Shown piece after piece: positions 40,808 to 50,693 of a DNA stretch of 64,000 bases (position 1 is the stretch's first letter; each line of letters starts with the position of its first letter). This stretch comes from Amphritea sp. (GTDB taxonomy: Bacteria; Pseudomonadota; Gammaproteobacteria; Pseudomonadales; Balneatricaceae): contig JBALVQ010000011.1 in the NCBI GenBank assembly GCA_036960915.1, positions 6,514-70,513 of the forward strand. The letters are read 5' to 3'. Below the pieces are notes generated by a model. It did no database searches, was not told the DNA's origin, and was given only the letters and a program-made list of their open reading frames with translations. The position numbers and the translations under genes are program-made.

Positions 40808-40879
40808 GTAAAAACCCCGCCATAAAAGCGGGGTCCTGTTCCCTGTCCGGCTGCATCTCTTTTGAAGGGGGTAAAGAGA

Positions 40880-41566
40880 TCAGAACGTCCGTGAAACGCT
40901 CAGCAGTAAAGTTTCATCATTCTGAAACGCGCCGCTATCTACATCCATACCATCATCGACATCGTTGTAAAGGTAGGCCACCGATAGATCTACACTGGCA
41001 AAGCTGCTGGAAACACCCGCTGAGTAATCGGCATAGTCACCAATATCCAGGTCATCCCAGTAATCACCGAAACTGTAACCAGCATGCAGTTCTACATTCA
41101 GGTTCTCAATAACTGCCGTGCTGTAATCCAGTGCAACATACTGGCCTTCTTCGGACGAATTCACATAGTCGTTGGAGTAGGCGTATTCGAGCTTAAAGTC
41201 ACCGTAATACAGGTTAAAATCGATCTCGGCATAGTCGATATCGGCCGCGTCATAACCCGGGTAGGTGTAGTAGTACAGCGTCGTATCGTAGCTCAACGCT
41301 TCAGAGATCTCGCCAGCGTAACCCGCGTACCAATCGATCTCGAGGTTTGCATCATCTTCAAAATCCACGTTGCTGCCCCACGCACCGATATACATACCGT
41401 TGTCGAAGGCTACATCCATACTCCCCTGAATAGCCGCATCACCAGCGGTTTGCGAGATACCACGGAAACGGTAGTCATTGGTAAAAGACAGCGTGCTAGA
41501 AACTTCCGCAGCCTGTACAGCTGAAGCAGTAAACATCACCAGTGGCGCAATCCATTTTAACTTCAT
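40880..41566 (-). CDS. TorF/TIGR02001-family putative outer-membrane porin
   Basis: Signal peptide, DYRFRGISQT, GAWGSNVDF, EIDWYAGY, C-terminal Phe. Confidence 0.88.
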   Translation of the reverse strand: MKLKWIAPLVMFTASAVQAAEVSSTLSFTNDYRFRGISQTAGDAAIQGSMDVAFDNGMYIGAWGSNVDFEDDANLEIDWYAGYAGEISEALSYDTTLYYYTYPGYDAADIDYAEIDFNLYYGDFKLEYAYSNDYVNSSEEGQYVALDYSTAVIENLNVELHAGYSFGDYWDDLDIGDYADYSAGVSSSFASVDLSVAYLYNDVDDGMDVDSGAFQNDETLLLSVSRTF

Positions 41567-41700
41567 CGATAAACCTTATTTTTAAACCCGTATCACAAAT
41601 TTTGCACGCAGAGGCCCAGCATGCTCATGGCACAAAGCGGCCTACCGCACAATCTGAGTAACAAAGGTAAAATTTAAAAAGTGGATAAAAAACGTGATAG

Positions 41701-41734
41701 AACTGCCTGCGGAGCAGTTGCTCCGCAGGCAGTT
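41701..41734. terminator. Hairpin between ureohydrolase and porin
   Basis: AACTGCCTGCGGAGCA-gt-TGCTCCGCAGGCAGTT. Confidence 0.6.
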
Positions 41735-41787
41735 ATTGAGCAGAGGAGTTAATCCTGGAAACTAATCTTGGAAACTAATCCCGATAA

Positions 41788-42744
41788 CTAATCCCTATAA
41801 TTAACACCTGGGAAAACGCAAAGCATTTCATAAAGAAGGTTGGCACCCAGCAGCGCTGTATTACCGGTGGTGTCATAAGCAGGTGAAATCTCCACCATAT
41901 CGCCGCCGACGATATCCAAACCGCGGCATCCGCGAATGATCTCCAATGCCTGTGGCACCATCAGACCGGCAATTTCGACAGTGCCGGTTCCAGGTGCATA
42001 CGCAGGATCGATACCATCGATATCAAAACTGATATAGACCGGACCACCGGCCACTTTTTCCCGCACCTCGGCCATCAGCGGCTCCAGCGACTTGTACCAG
42101 CACTCCTCGGCGGTAACTACCCGGAAGCCCTGCTCGCGGGGCCAGTCGAAATCATCCGCAGCGTAGCCGGTACCGCGCAGGCCGATCTGAACTACCCGGT
42201 CACCATCGAGCAGACCTTCTTCGACAGCACGACGAAAAGGCGTGCCGTGAGCGATAGGCTCACCAAACATGTGATCGTTAACATCGGCATGCGCATCAAC
42301 ATGAATCATACCGACCGGGCCATATTTCTCTTTCAGAGCACGCAAAATAGGCAATGCGATCGTATGATCACCACCCAGAGTCAAAGGCTTGCAGTTATGT
42401 TCCAGAACATCCGCGTAGAATTCCTGGATAATATCGATACTTTTTGACAGATTGAATGGATTGATCGGCACATCGCCGATATCAGCAACCTGCAGACTGT
42501 CAAAAGGCGCCGCCCGGGTGGCCATGTTGTAAGGACGCAGCATACGAGATTCATCACGAATCTGACGTGGAGCCAGGCGTGCTCCGGGCCGATTCGATGT
42601 TCCCATGTCAAAGGGGACACCGATAAACGCAACATCCAGGCCTTTAGCAGTTTCCTGGGCAGGAAGACGCATCATGGTTGCCGGGCCACCGAAACGTGGC
42701 ATTTCATTACCGCCCAGAGGCTGATTCAGTTTTTTATCTGACAT
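41788..42744 (-). CDS. Ureohydrolase, guanidinobutyrase GbuA-like (agmatinase family)
   Basis: QPLGGNEMPRFGG N-terminus, GGDH, DAHAD, HGTPF, SFDIDGIDP. Confidence 0.9.
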   Translation of the reverse strand: MSDKKLNQPLGGNEMPRFGGPATMMRLPAQETAKGLDVAFIGVPFDMGTSNRPGARLAPRQIRDESRMLRPYNMATRAAPFDSLQVADIGDVPINPFNLSKSIDIIQEFYADVLEHNCKPLTLGGDHTIALPILRALKEKYGPVGMIHVDAHADVNDHMFGEPIAHGTPFRRAVEEGLLDGDRVVQIGLRGTGYAADDFDWPREQGFRVVTAEECWYKSLEPLMAEVREKVAGGPVYISFDIDGIDPAYAPGTGTVEIAGLMVPQALEIIRGCRGLDIVGGDMVEISPAYDTTGNTALLGANLLYEMLCVFPGVNYRD

Positions 42745-42837
42745 AAATATTTACCTGACTATATTTTGCGTAAAGCGCATTTAAAGAGCACTTATACAGA
42801 GCTCTACGCTGAGTTCTTATTATCGGTTCTTAGCAGT

Positions 42838-44232
42838 CTAAGAAAGCGGGAATCCCAACATAGTGACAAACTTCAACCATGGGTTGCGCCAGCCGCCTTT
42901 TTCATCCGCGGTATCCAGCGCATTCATGGTGATCATGGCACCGCTCCAGCGGAATGGCTCTGGAGGCATCCAGTTAGGCTCGGTGGTCGCCAGTTCCAGC
43001 TGACACTCGGGGGCGTTAGCTCCGTTGAGAATTTCCAGTCCGACACGAGCACCGAAGCGGCTGGTCGATACACCAAATCCGGAATAGCCACCGGCATACA
43101 CCATCTTGTCGTCATAGTAGCGCTGAAAATGCACAGCCATCCGGGTGGTCAGAGCAATAGGACCACTCCAGGCATGTCCGAAACGGACATCGTCCAATTG
43201 CGGGAAGGTGTTGAAGAATGATTCACCGAGTCGCTCGTAGACTTCGATATTACGATCAGTTTCAGGATCGGTATTATTGTTGAAGAAATACCCCAGACGC
43301 CCGCCAAACAGGATGCGGTTATCCTTGGTCAGACGCATATAGTTAAGCTGGGTACGGGTATCGTAAACACCCTGACGGTTAGCCCAGCCGATTCGATCCA
43401 TCTGTTCATCGCTTAACGGTTCAGTCATCAGGACTCGGTCGCGAATAGCCGCTACCCGCTGCTTAATGCGTTTATGCCCCTCAGCAAAGGCATTGGTCGC
43501 CAGCAGTACTTTTGGCGCCTTCACTTCACCATCGTGGGTTTTAACCGTAATAGTAGTGCCATTATCGGTAATCTTGGTCATTGGCGAGACTTCATACAGA
43601 CGGACACCCAATGACAATGCGGCCTTCTTCAAACCCCAGGCCAGACGGGCCGGATGTACAGTACCGCTGTTCTTTTTGTTCCACAGGCCACCGGCAAACA
43701 ACGGTGAGTTAAGCTGCCCACGAACGCCTTCTGCGTCCAGAAGCTCGGCTTCATGACCGTGCTCGACGTGCAGGTCATATTCTTCCTGAATAACGGGAAC
43801 ATGCTCCTGACCTACTGCGACAGTAAGCTCGCCACCCCATTCCTGATGGCAATCAATATTGTGTTTTTCCAGAGTAGCGGTGAAACCCGCCATGTTGTCA
43901 TGCCCCAGCTGCTCAAGCATCTCCATATCTTTCGGGAAGATGCGAACGGCATTGGACAGACCGTGCATTACAGATGTAGAAACAATGCCTCCGGGACGAC
44001 CAGAAGCACCATAAGCGACCTTGCCGGCTTCAACCAGTACAACATCCATCCCAGGATTCGCTTCTTTGGCCTGAATGGCTGCCCACAGGCCTGTAAACCC
44101 ACCACCGACAATAACCAGGTCAGCCTCAGTTTTACCAATCAGCTGAGGTTCCACATTTGGCGCATCAGGACTATCCAGCCAGTATGGGAATAAAGTTGTA
44201 TCTTGCAGAGCTCTTTTTGCTAAATCATTCAT
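42838..44232 (-). CDS. FAD-dependent oxidoreductase, PuuB/OrdL-like amine oxidase family
   Basis: GGGFTGLWAA, GASGRPGG, HPARL, TEPL, WSGPI, GYSGFGV. Confidence 0.85.
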   Translation of the reverse strand: MNDLAKRALQDTTLFPYWLDSPDAPNVEPQLIGKTEADLVIVGGGFTGLWAAIQAKEANPGMDVVLVEAGKVAYGASGRPGGIVSTSVMHGLSNAVRIFPKDMEMLEQLGHDNMAGFTATLEKHNIDCHQEWGGELTVAVGQEHVPVIQEEYDLHVEHGHEAELLDAEGVRGQLNSPLFAGGLWNKKNSGTVHPARLAWGLKKAALSLGVRLYEVSPMTKITDNGTTITVKTHDGEVKAPKVLLATNAFAEGHKRIKQRVAAIRDRVLMTEPLSDEQMDRIGWANRQGVYDTRTQLNYMRLTKDNRILFGGRLGYFFNNNTDPETDRNIEVYERLGESFFNTFPQLDDVRFGHAWSGPIALTTRMAVHFQRYYDDKMVYAGGYSGFGVSTSRFGARVGLEILNGANAPECQLELATTEPNWMPPEPFRWSGAMITMNALDTADEKGGWRNPWLKFVTMLGFPLS

Positions 44233-44491
44233 TATTGTTTTACTCCAGCCATGGGATGCTACAGCTTATCCGGCAGTGCTATCATTTGATCAGTTTTAAC
44301 TAATATTCTGGCGGGAGCTATCAGCCTTATCCTACTGTAGTTCCCTCATAAGTTTCCTCATAAGCGATGGCTGGTAAAAACTCACCGGATTCGGCAGTTA
44401 AATGCATCACTCATATTGAAGCTATTGGTGCGCCGCCAACCCGCGACACACCTTACCTGCATTAGTCAGGCAACACTTAATTAGTCAGTGC

Positions 44492-44857
44492 TTATTCGGC
44501 AACGATAACGTAGATCTTACGCAGGGTTTCCAGCACCTCAAAACGGCCTTCCCAACCAACAGGCAGTACATAAGACTCACCGGCTTCAAAGGTTTCAACC
44601 GAGCCATCAGAATTAGTCAGTGCAACCTTACCTTTCAGAATAGTTGAGTATTCTGCAAAATCAGGGCAGCTCAGGATCTCGGCATAAGGCGTGCATTCCC
44701 AGGTACCAACGGTGAGTTTGCCTTCACCAGCTTCAAAATGAACTTCACCGCTTTCGTTTGCAGCACCGCTCAGAACCGCTTCAGCCGGTACTACAGAACA
44801 AGCAGCCAGACCAGCTACGCCGGAACCATCTTTTTGAATGCGAATTACAGAACTCAT
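44492..44857 (-). CDS. Cupin (DUF861-like)
   Basis: GTWECTP, E...ILKG.V, GESYVLP.GW.G, LRKIYV. Confidence 0.85.
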   Translation of the reverse strand: MSSVIRIQKDGSGVAGLAACSVVPAEAVLSGAANESGEVHFEAGEGKLTVGTWECTPYAEILSCPDFAEYSTILKGKVALTNSDGSVETFEAGESYVLPVGWEGRFEVLETLRKIYVIVAE

Positions 44858-44941
44858 CAACTTATCTCCAAAATTAAAAAATCGTTGTTATATCTATCGC
44901 CCGATACGCCTAAGAGCTCTCAGGGACTTACAGACTTATAT

Positions 44942-44958
44942 AGCCAGAACTGTGCCAA
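44942..44958 (-). promoter_or_regulatory. Sigma-54 -24/-12 promoter for the cupin-oxidase-gbuA-porin operon
   Basis: TTGGCACAGTTCTGGCT on minus strand (GG-N10-GC). Confidence 0.7.
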
Positions 44959-45009
44959 AAAAAACTAACCCATAAATTACAACAAGTTAACTAATAATTA
45001 AAAAGCAAC

Positions 45010-45059
45010 GATTCTTTTGTGAATCACTTAACACTGGAACAATGATTCATTTTTGACTT
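45010..45059. promoter_or_regulatory. Putative activator (UAS) palindromes
   Basis: GATTCTTTTGTGAATC and GATTCATTTTTGACTT. Confidence 0.55.
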
Positions 45060-45164
45060 ATAGTAATAGTAACGATGACTTTTGCTGCACCGCCATCCTT
45101 GGCTTGTGCAGCCCATAGCTTGCTAGGGAGCATCCATCCCTGGATATAACAGGAGATACACCCA

Positions 45165-46580
45165 GTGACTACCGATGCAGAACTGGAACTTAATGCGGTG
45201 CTCGCATGGTCCCATGGCAATATTGCTATTTCCGACGCGAACGGGATCATCATCAAAGCAAGCGCCAGCAATGCAGCTATCTACGGCATTCCTCAGGAAG
45301 AGTTTGTCGGTGCCTCACTCAAGGATCTGGAAGCAAAAGGGATCTTAACCCCCTCCATATCTCTGCAGGTCCTGAAAACAGGAAAAGAAGCCCAGGTGAT
45401 GCAGGTTACCCATACCGGGCGGGTATTGATGACTGAAGGCTATCCGGTGTTCGATGAGCAGAATAAACTCTACCGGGTAATCAGCTTTGCCACCGACCTG
45501 ACTGAAATTCAGCTGCTGAAAAAAGAGTATGAATGGCTGCAGTCTCAGTTCATGCGCCAACCAACCGAACCAAAACCGGCCCTCAAATCGGCGCTGAAAT
45601 TGCCTTCGAGAAGCCCCCTGATCAGCAGGATATATGAGCTGCTGGAGCGCATAGCCAGTTCCGATGCAAGCATCCTGTTTCTGGGTGAATCCGGAGTCGG
45701 TAAAACCGCCTTTACCCAGCTGGTGCATGATTTAAGCGATCGCAGCAAAGGCCCGTTTATCGAAGTAAACTGCAGCACCATTCCGGAAACACTGTTTGAA
45801 TCAGAGATGTTTGGCTATGCCCCCGGAGCCTTTACCGGCGCAACCAAACAGGGAAAAGCAGGGGTAATCGAGCAAGCCGATGGCGGCACCCTGTTTCTGG
45901 ATGAAGTCGGTGAACTGCCTCTGTCAATGCAGGCAAAACTCCTCAAGGTTCTCCAGGATGGCAAGGTAAGCCGCATCGGCAGCACCCAGAGCAAAGTCAT
46001 CAACTTCAGACTGATAACTGCAACCAATCAGGACCTCAGCCAACGGGTTGATAACGATGAGTTCCGGCTGGACCTGTTCTATCGAATCAATGTCGTTCCT
46101 ATTGTGATTCCACCGTTGCGAGAACGTATAGAAGACATCCCCCTGTTGCTTGAGCATATCCTTGAGCGCCTTAATAAACGCTATGGCCAGGATAAGGAAC
46201 TGTCGACAAACTTGCGCAAGCAGTTCATTGCCCATGATTGGCCGGGTAACGTTCGGGAACTTGAAAACGCGATGGAACGCTCCTACCTAGCCAGTCCCGG
46301 CAAGTTAATCCAGCCGTACAATGATCTGTCATCTCCGATTATGGAAATTCCGGATCTGCAGGCAGAGCCAACCAGCCATCGCAGCGAAATCGAGGAAACC
46401 ATTCAGATACCGACGCTGATTCCGGGGGAAAGTACCCTGAATGATGTGATCGATAAGGTTGAGAAACAGCTGCTTGAAGAAGCACTGCAACATTGCAAGG
46501 GCACCTACGAACTGGCACGCTACCTTGGCATCAGCCAGCCAACCGCCTCGCGTAAACTGAAAAAGCATGGCCTGAACTGA
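45165..46580 (+). CDS. PAS-containing sigma-54 enhancer-binding protein
   Basis: GESGVGK, intact ESEMFG..GAFTGA, FLDEVGE, WPGNVREL, C-terminal HTH. Confidence 0.95.
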   Translation: MTTDAELELNAVLAWSHGNIAISDANGIIIKASASNAAIYGIPQEEFVGASLKDLEAKGILTPSISLQVLKTGKEAQVMQVTHTGRVLMTEGYPVFDEQNKLYRVISFATDLTEIQLLKKEYEWLQSQFMRQPTEPKPALKSALKLPSRSPLISRIYELLERIASSDASILFLGESGVGKTAFTQLVHDLSDRSKGPFIEVNCSTIPETLFESEMFGYAPGAFTGATKQGKAGVIEQADGGTLFLDEVGELPLSMQAKLLKVLQDGKVSRIGSTQSKVINFRLITATNQDLSQRVDNDEFRLDLFYRINVVPIVIPPLRERIEDIPLLLEHILERLNKRYGQDKELSTNLRKQFIAHDWPGNVRELENAMERSYLASPGKLIQPYNDLSSPIMEIPDLQAEPTSHRSEIEETIQIPTLIPGESTLNDVIDKVEKQLLEEALQHCKGTYELARYLGISQPTASRKLKKHGLN

Positions 46581-46659
46581 GGAACCAGATCAGGACATGC
46601 TTTCTTATTGATAACGACCAGCACGCCATTACAGCCAGGCTGGTCGAAGCTGCTACATC

Positions 46660-48069
46660 TTAGACAGTCTTGGCTGCAGACAGGTTGTGTGCCTGCTTGC
46701 GCTTTTCACCCATGCGTACCAGAATCTCACCAACAATGAATGACAAGAACAGACCCGTACCCACCTGCGCCATATACTGCATATCCAGAGGCTCACCCGG
46801 AATCCAGACGAACAGGACAATAGACAGACAAAGTACAAAGACACAGACCCCGGTCAATAACAGAGCAAAGCCGTTACCACCAGGCAGACGGAAAGGACGC
46901 GGATGATTTGCGTCGCTGAAGCGCAGCTTCATAAAGGCAAGATGCATACCCACATAAGGCATCAGGAAGATAATGGCGCTGAAGGAGAACAGCGTCCAGA
47001 ACAGCTCTTCTGCTGAGCTAGCCATGAAGCCATAAACAACCAGAATCAAGCCGCTGATAACACAGGTAAGAATAGCGGAGCCAACCGGCGCGCCATGAAC
47101 TTTGTGCTCAATACCGAATACTGCCGGCATCTCTTTTTCCTGACCCGCTTCAGCCATAGCCGTGTTACCGCCAAGCGTCCAGGCAACCATGGTTGCAAAG
47201 AAGGTGTACAGAGTCGCGATCCCCAGCACTGCTGTAATCATCTGACCTTCAGGCGTATCGCCAAACAGCTCCTTCAGAGTGACTGCGAAGATATTAACAA
47301 TCTCAACCTCTTCAGCAGGAACGGCCGCAAGAATACCTGCGGTACCAAAAATGTAGAAGATAGCAGTCAGAACACCGGCGATAATCATTGATTTAGGAAT
47401 ATTTTTTTCCGGTTCAATGATGGAATCGCTTTCAGACATGATCAGTTCCAGACCCAGGCAACCGTAAACGATTACAGGAATATAGGCCAGACCACCACCC
47501 AGATCATCCATCGCTGCACCGAAATCCATGCTATTGGCAAAGCCGTTTTCCAGACCGTAGTTCAGACCGGCTGCACCGATGATCAGGATGATAATAAACT
47601 TAAGCGGCGTCGCCAGGTTAGGGATCCACTTGGATACGCTCAGCGGCAGGCAGTTTGCCCAGCCCACCAGTGCACACAGGAAGATACCCAGGCCGATCTG
47701 CTGCCACAGGGTCATTTCCGGGAAAAACAGCGCCGAAAGCATACCGGCAAACATGATGAATACCGATGGTACCCACAGCGCGATATTGATCCAGTACAGC
47801 CAGGTGACCCGTGCAGCCCAGCGGGTACCGAAAGCATTTCGAATCCAGGCATAGATACCGCCCTGTTCAGGATACGCGGTACCCAGCTCGGCAGTAACCA
47901 GCAAGTTAGGAATCATGAAGATAACAATAGTGACTACCCACCAGAAAACCGCATGAGGGCCAACTGAGGCAGACAAGGCAATCTGATCGACCAACAGTAT
48001 GGCCGCAACACAGTAAAGGACGATGTCCTTAAAACCGAGTGTTTTAATATGGGGGCTTGAGACGGACAT
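46660..48069 (-). CDS. APC-family amino acid/polyamine permease
   Basis: AELGTAYPEQGGIYAW, 12 TM segments, RPFRLPGG. Confidence 0.9.
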   Translation of the reverse strand: MSVSSPHIKTLGFKDIVLYCVAAILLVDQIALSASVGPHAVFWWVVTIVIFMIPNLLVTAELGTAYPEQGGIYAWIRNAFGTRWAARVTWLYWINIALWVPSVFIMFAGMLSALFFPEMTLWQQIGLGIFLCALVGWANCLPLSVSKWIPNLATPLKFIIILIIGAAGLNYGLENGFANSMDFGAAMDDLGGGLAYIPVIVYGCLGLELIMSESDSIIEPEKNIPKSMIIAGVLTAIFYIFGTAGILAAVPAEEVEIVNIFAVTLKELFGDTPEGQMITAVLGIATLYTFFATMVAWTLGGNTAMAEAGQEKEMPAVFGIEHKVHGAPVGSAILTCVISGLILVVYGFMASSAEELFWTLFSFSAIIFLMPYVGMHLAFMKLRFSDANHPRPFRLPGGNGFALLLTGVCVFVLCLSIVLFVWIPGEPLDMQYMAQVGTGLFLSFIVGEILVRMGEKRKQAHNLSAAKTV

Positions 48070-48269
48070 AAACGTAAATCCTCTAATTATTTTTCTATTA
48101 TGAGTTGGTAATCTCGTTGATCTGATACCAGCCGAAGTTGCTAGAAGCTGCTATCAGTTCAGTTTTATTACCCGGTTTATAGTGGCAATCGAAAAGGCCC
48201 GGTGCGGCGTAGCCCTATCGATTTCCACAAAATTCATTCCACGTGAAGGCATCTGCCTTCACAACAGCA

Positions 48270-49691
48270 TTAGCCACCGATGATGGCTTTGGTTTCCAGA
48301 AACTCCTCCACGCCCCAGTCACCCAGCTCACGGCCATTGCCGGATTGCTTGTAACCACCAAAAGGCGCTTCGTTATTCCAGAAACCTTCATTTACATACA
48401 CCTGCCCTGCGCGTATTTGGCGGGCCAGGTTACGTGCGTGTTCTGTATCTGCAGCCCAGACACGGGCCGAGAGTCCATAGGGAGTATCGTTCGCTATAGC
48501 AATAGCCTCATGCTCATCCTGATAAGGGATCATGCACAGCACCGGGCCAAAAATTTCTTCCCGGGCAATACGCATCTGATTATTAACATCAGCAAAGATA
48601 GTCGGGCGTACATAGGCCCCAACTTCCATACCAGCTGGGCGCTCTTCGCCGCCGGTAACCAGGCGGGCACCCTCTTCAATACCGATACGGATATACTCCA
48701 GCACGCCCTGGCGCTGTGCTTCTGAAGCCATAGGTCCGATCATTGATTCTGCGCGTAACGGATCACCGACCACGAAAGATTCAGCATGCTGCCTGGCGAT
48801 TTCAACGGCTTCTTCATAGCGCTCAGCTGGCACCAGCATACGGGTCAGTGCCGTACAGGTCTGGCCGCTGTTGTACATCACATCATCGACTCCAAGCTGC
48901 ACGGCTGCTTCCAGGTTGGCATCTTCGGCAATCAGGAAAGGCGACTTGCCCCCCAGCTCCTGGCATACCCGCTTAACTGATGGCGCAGCCAACTGAGCAA
49001 TTCTGACACCTGCACGGGTTGAGCCGGTGAAGGAAACCATATCCACTTCCGGGTGTGTACATAACGGCTCACCGACCACTTCGCCAGTGCCATTCACCAG
49101 GTTAAATACACCGGCTGGCAGGCCTACTTCGTCGATAACTTCTGCCAGTAGAAAGGCATGCAACGGGGTCTGTTCGCTTGGCTTAACCACCATCGTACAA
49201 CCCGCAGCCAGAGCAGGAGCCACCTTGCCAATCATCTGATGCAGCGGGTAATTCCAGGGATTGATAAAGACACAAACACCAACCGCTTCCTTTATCGCTA
49301 CCGCATTACCAACAACCCGCTCGTGATCAAGCATAGCGGCGCGATCGGCATGTTTGAGAAGCGCATCAATAGGATCTTCAACCTGCACCTCGCGACTGAA
49401 AGCAAGGGGCGCGCCCATCTCTGCGGTGACGATCTGCACCATCTCTTCACTGCGCTCAGCGAGTTTGTCGGCAATTGCTTTGATATAGCCTGCACGTGTT
49501 TCAGCGCTTGTTTGAGACCAATCGGCAAAAGCCCTGCGTGCAGCCATTACAGCGTGATCAACATCGCTTGCGTTAGCTGCTGGAGTGGTTCCGATAACCT
49601 GGTCGGTTGCCGGATTAATCACATCGATCGAAGCAGATCCATTCGGTGTAGCCCATTGGCCATCGATATATAATTTGTTATAGGTTTTCAC
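48270..49691 (-). CDS. Aldehyde dehydrogenase
   Basis: PWNYP, KPSE, FTGS, QELGGKS, NSGQTC, EEIFGP, PFGGYKQSG. Confidence 0.95.
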   Translation of the reverse strand: MKTYNKLYIDGQWATPNGSASIDVINPATDQVIGTTPAANASDVDHAVMAARRAFADWSQTSAETRAGYIKAIADKLAERSEEMVQIVTAEMGAPLAFSREVQVEDPIDALLKHADRAAMLDHERVVGNAVAIKEAVGVCVFINPWNYPLHQMIGKVAPALAAGCTMVVKPSEQTPLHAFLLAEVIDEVGLPAGVFNLVNGTGEVVGEPLCTHPEVDMVSFTGSTRAGVRIAQLAAPSVKRVCQELGGKSPFLIAEDANLEAAVQLGVDDVMYNSGQTCTALTRMLVPAERYEEAVEIARQHAESFVVGDPLRAESMIGPMASEAQRQGVLEYIRIGIEEGARLVTGGEERPAGMEVGAYVRPTIFADVNNQMRIAREEIFGPVLCMIPYQDEHEAIAIANDTPYGLSARVWAADTEHARNLARQIRAGQVYVNEGFWNNEAPFGGYKQSGNGRELGDWGVEEFLETKAIIGG

Positions 49692-49806
49692 GCCGACTCC
49701 CGATTATGTGAATGCTTATTATTAACCCTAGTAGCTTTTTCATAGCCCAGTACCTTTCCAGACACACGTTCCTGCATCAGACAGTACTTTGTCATATTCA
49801 CCATAC

Positions 49807-49823
49807 AGCTAATTTTACGCCAA
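49807..49823 (-). promoter_or_regulatory. Sigma-54 promoter for the ALDH-permease operon
   Basis: TTGGCGTAAAATTAGCT on minus strand; IHF-like AATCAACTAGTTA at about 49842; ATTCA-N4-TGAAT palindromes at 49864-49940. Confidence 0.65.
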
Positions 49824-50135
49824 CTTTTTTTAATCAATTAAAATCAACTAGTTATATAATACTGATTCAATTTCGAAGGCGTTTTTAGAGATATGGATTC
49901 ACTTGTAATTCACTATTGAATCAACATTCATCATTGAATTAAGCGACCGGAAGGATAAAGAGGGATAGACGAAGACAAACATTCAGGATTGAAGCGTTGG
50001 ATTTGATGCGGCTTATTGCAATAGAGGGGGAGGACAGATCCAAGGGATCATCTTCCTGCGTAATGCAGGAAGGTTTAAGCCAACATGATCTGTCCCAGAT
50101 ACCAGGAGTTCAAGAACTACTCAGACACAGTGAGG

Positions 50136-50525
50136 CTAAATAATATCGGGAAGATTATTCACTTCTGTAAGAGAGGTATCTTCAGCCTCAGGATAGGGTA
50201 ATTCCAAGTCATTGCGGGTCCACCAGTAACTGAAGCCGTTGGCAGTCAGCCATTGGGCCGCACGGTCCAGTGTCGACCATTCCCGGCAAGCCCCCCTTGC
50301 GCTATTTATGCGTAACGGCAGGGTATCGACATACACCAGAATGGCCCAGGCAAAAGGATGCTTACTCTGGTCTCCAAAACCGCCCCCCTGCTTGTTCCTG
50401 TAGATACGGTAAACCACCGCATACTCTCCCATACGGCCCTGCGAGCGAACGATCGGGAGCTCCGCCTGGGTGATAACTCCGGCGACGCCCAGGAAGACTT
50501 CTAAACTCTCGTTGTCATACATCAT
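50136..50525 (-). CDS. Hypothetical protein (129 aa)
   Basis: Longest ORF filling the gap; protein-like composition; SARG..REWSTLDRAAQWL segment. Confidence 0.5.
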   Translation of the reverse strand: MMYDNESLEVFLGVAGVITQAELPIVRSQGRMGEYAVVYRIYRNKQGGGFGDQSKHPFAWAILVYVDTLPLRINSARGACREWSTLDRAAQWLTANGFSYWWTRNDLELPYPEAEDTSLTEVNNLPDII

Positions 50526-50693
50526 GGATCATAGTGTTGATATTTTAAATGAATGGGCATACATTATGATCCATGCTGTTGAGTTCTACAACTTTCCAAT
50601 GCTGCCTGATACGCTGTTCAACGATCCTAGATCGGCCTCTCTCAGCCAGCTGATAATCCAGAACTCAGAAAAAATGATAATAAGAGAAGTCAG

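Noticed and set aside
40640-40810. Canonical CsrB/RsmZ sRNA gene
   Set aside because: The GGA hairpins lie after the terminator rather than before one, and the unit is duplicated elsewhere; kept only as a repeat finding
40418-40856. ORFs of 118, 101 and 127 aa with internal repeats
   Set aside because: They are translations of the REP/palindromic repeat cluster, as are 1240-1521 in part and 20289-20556
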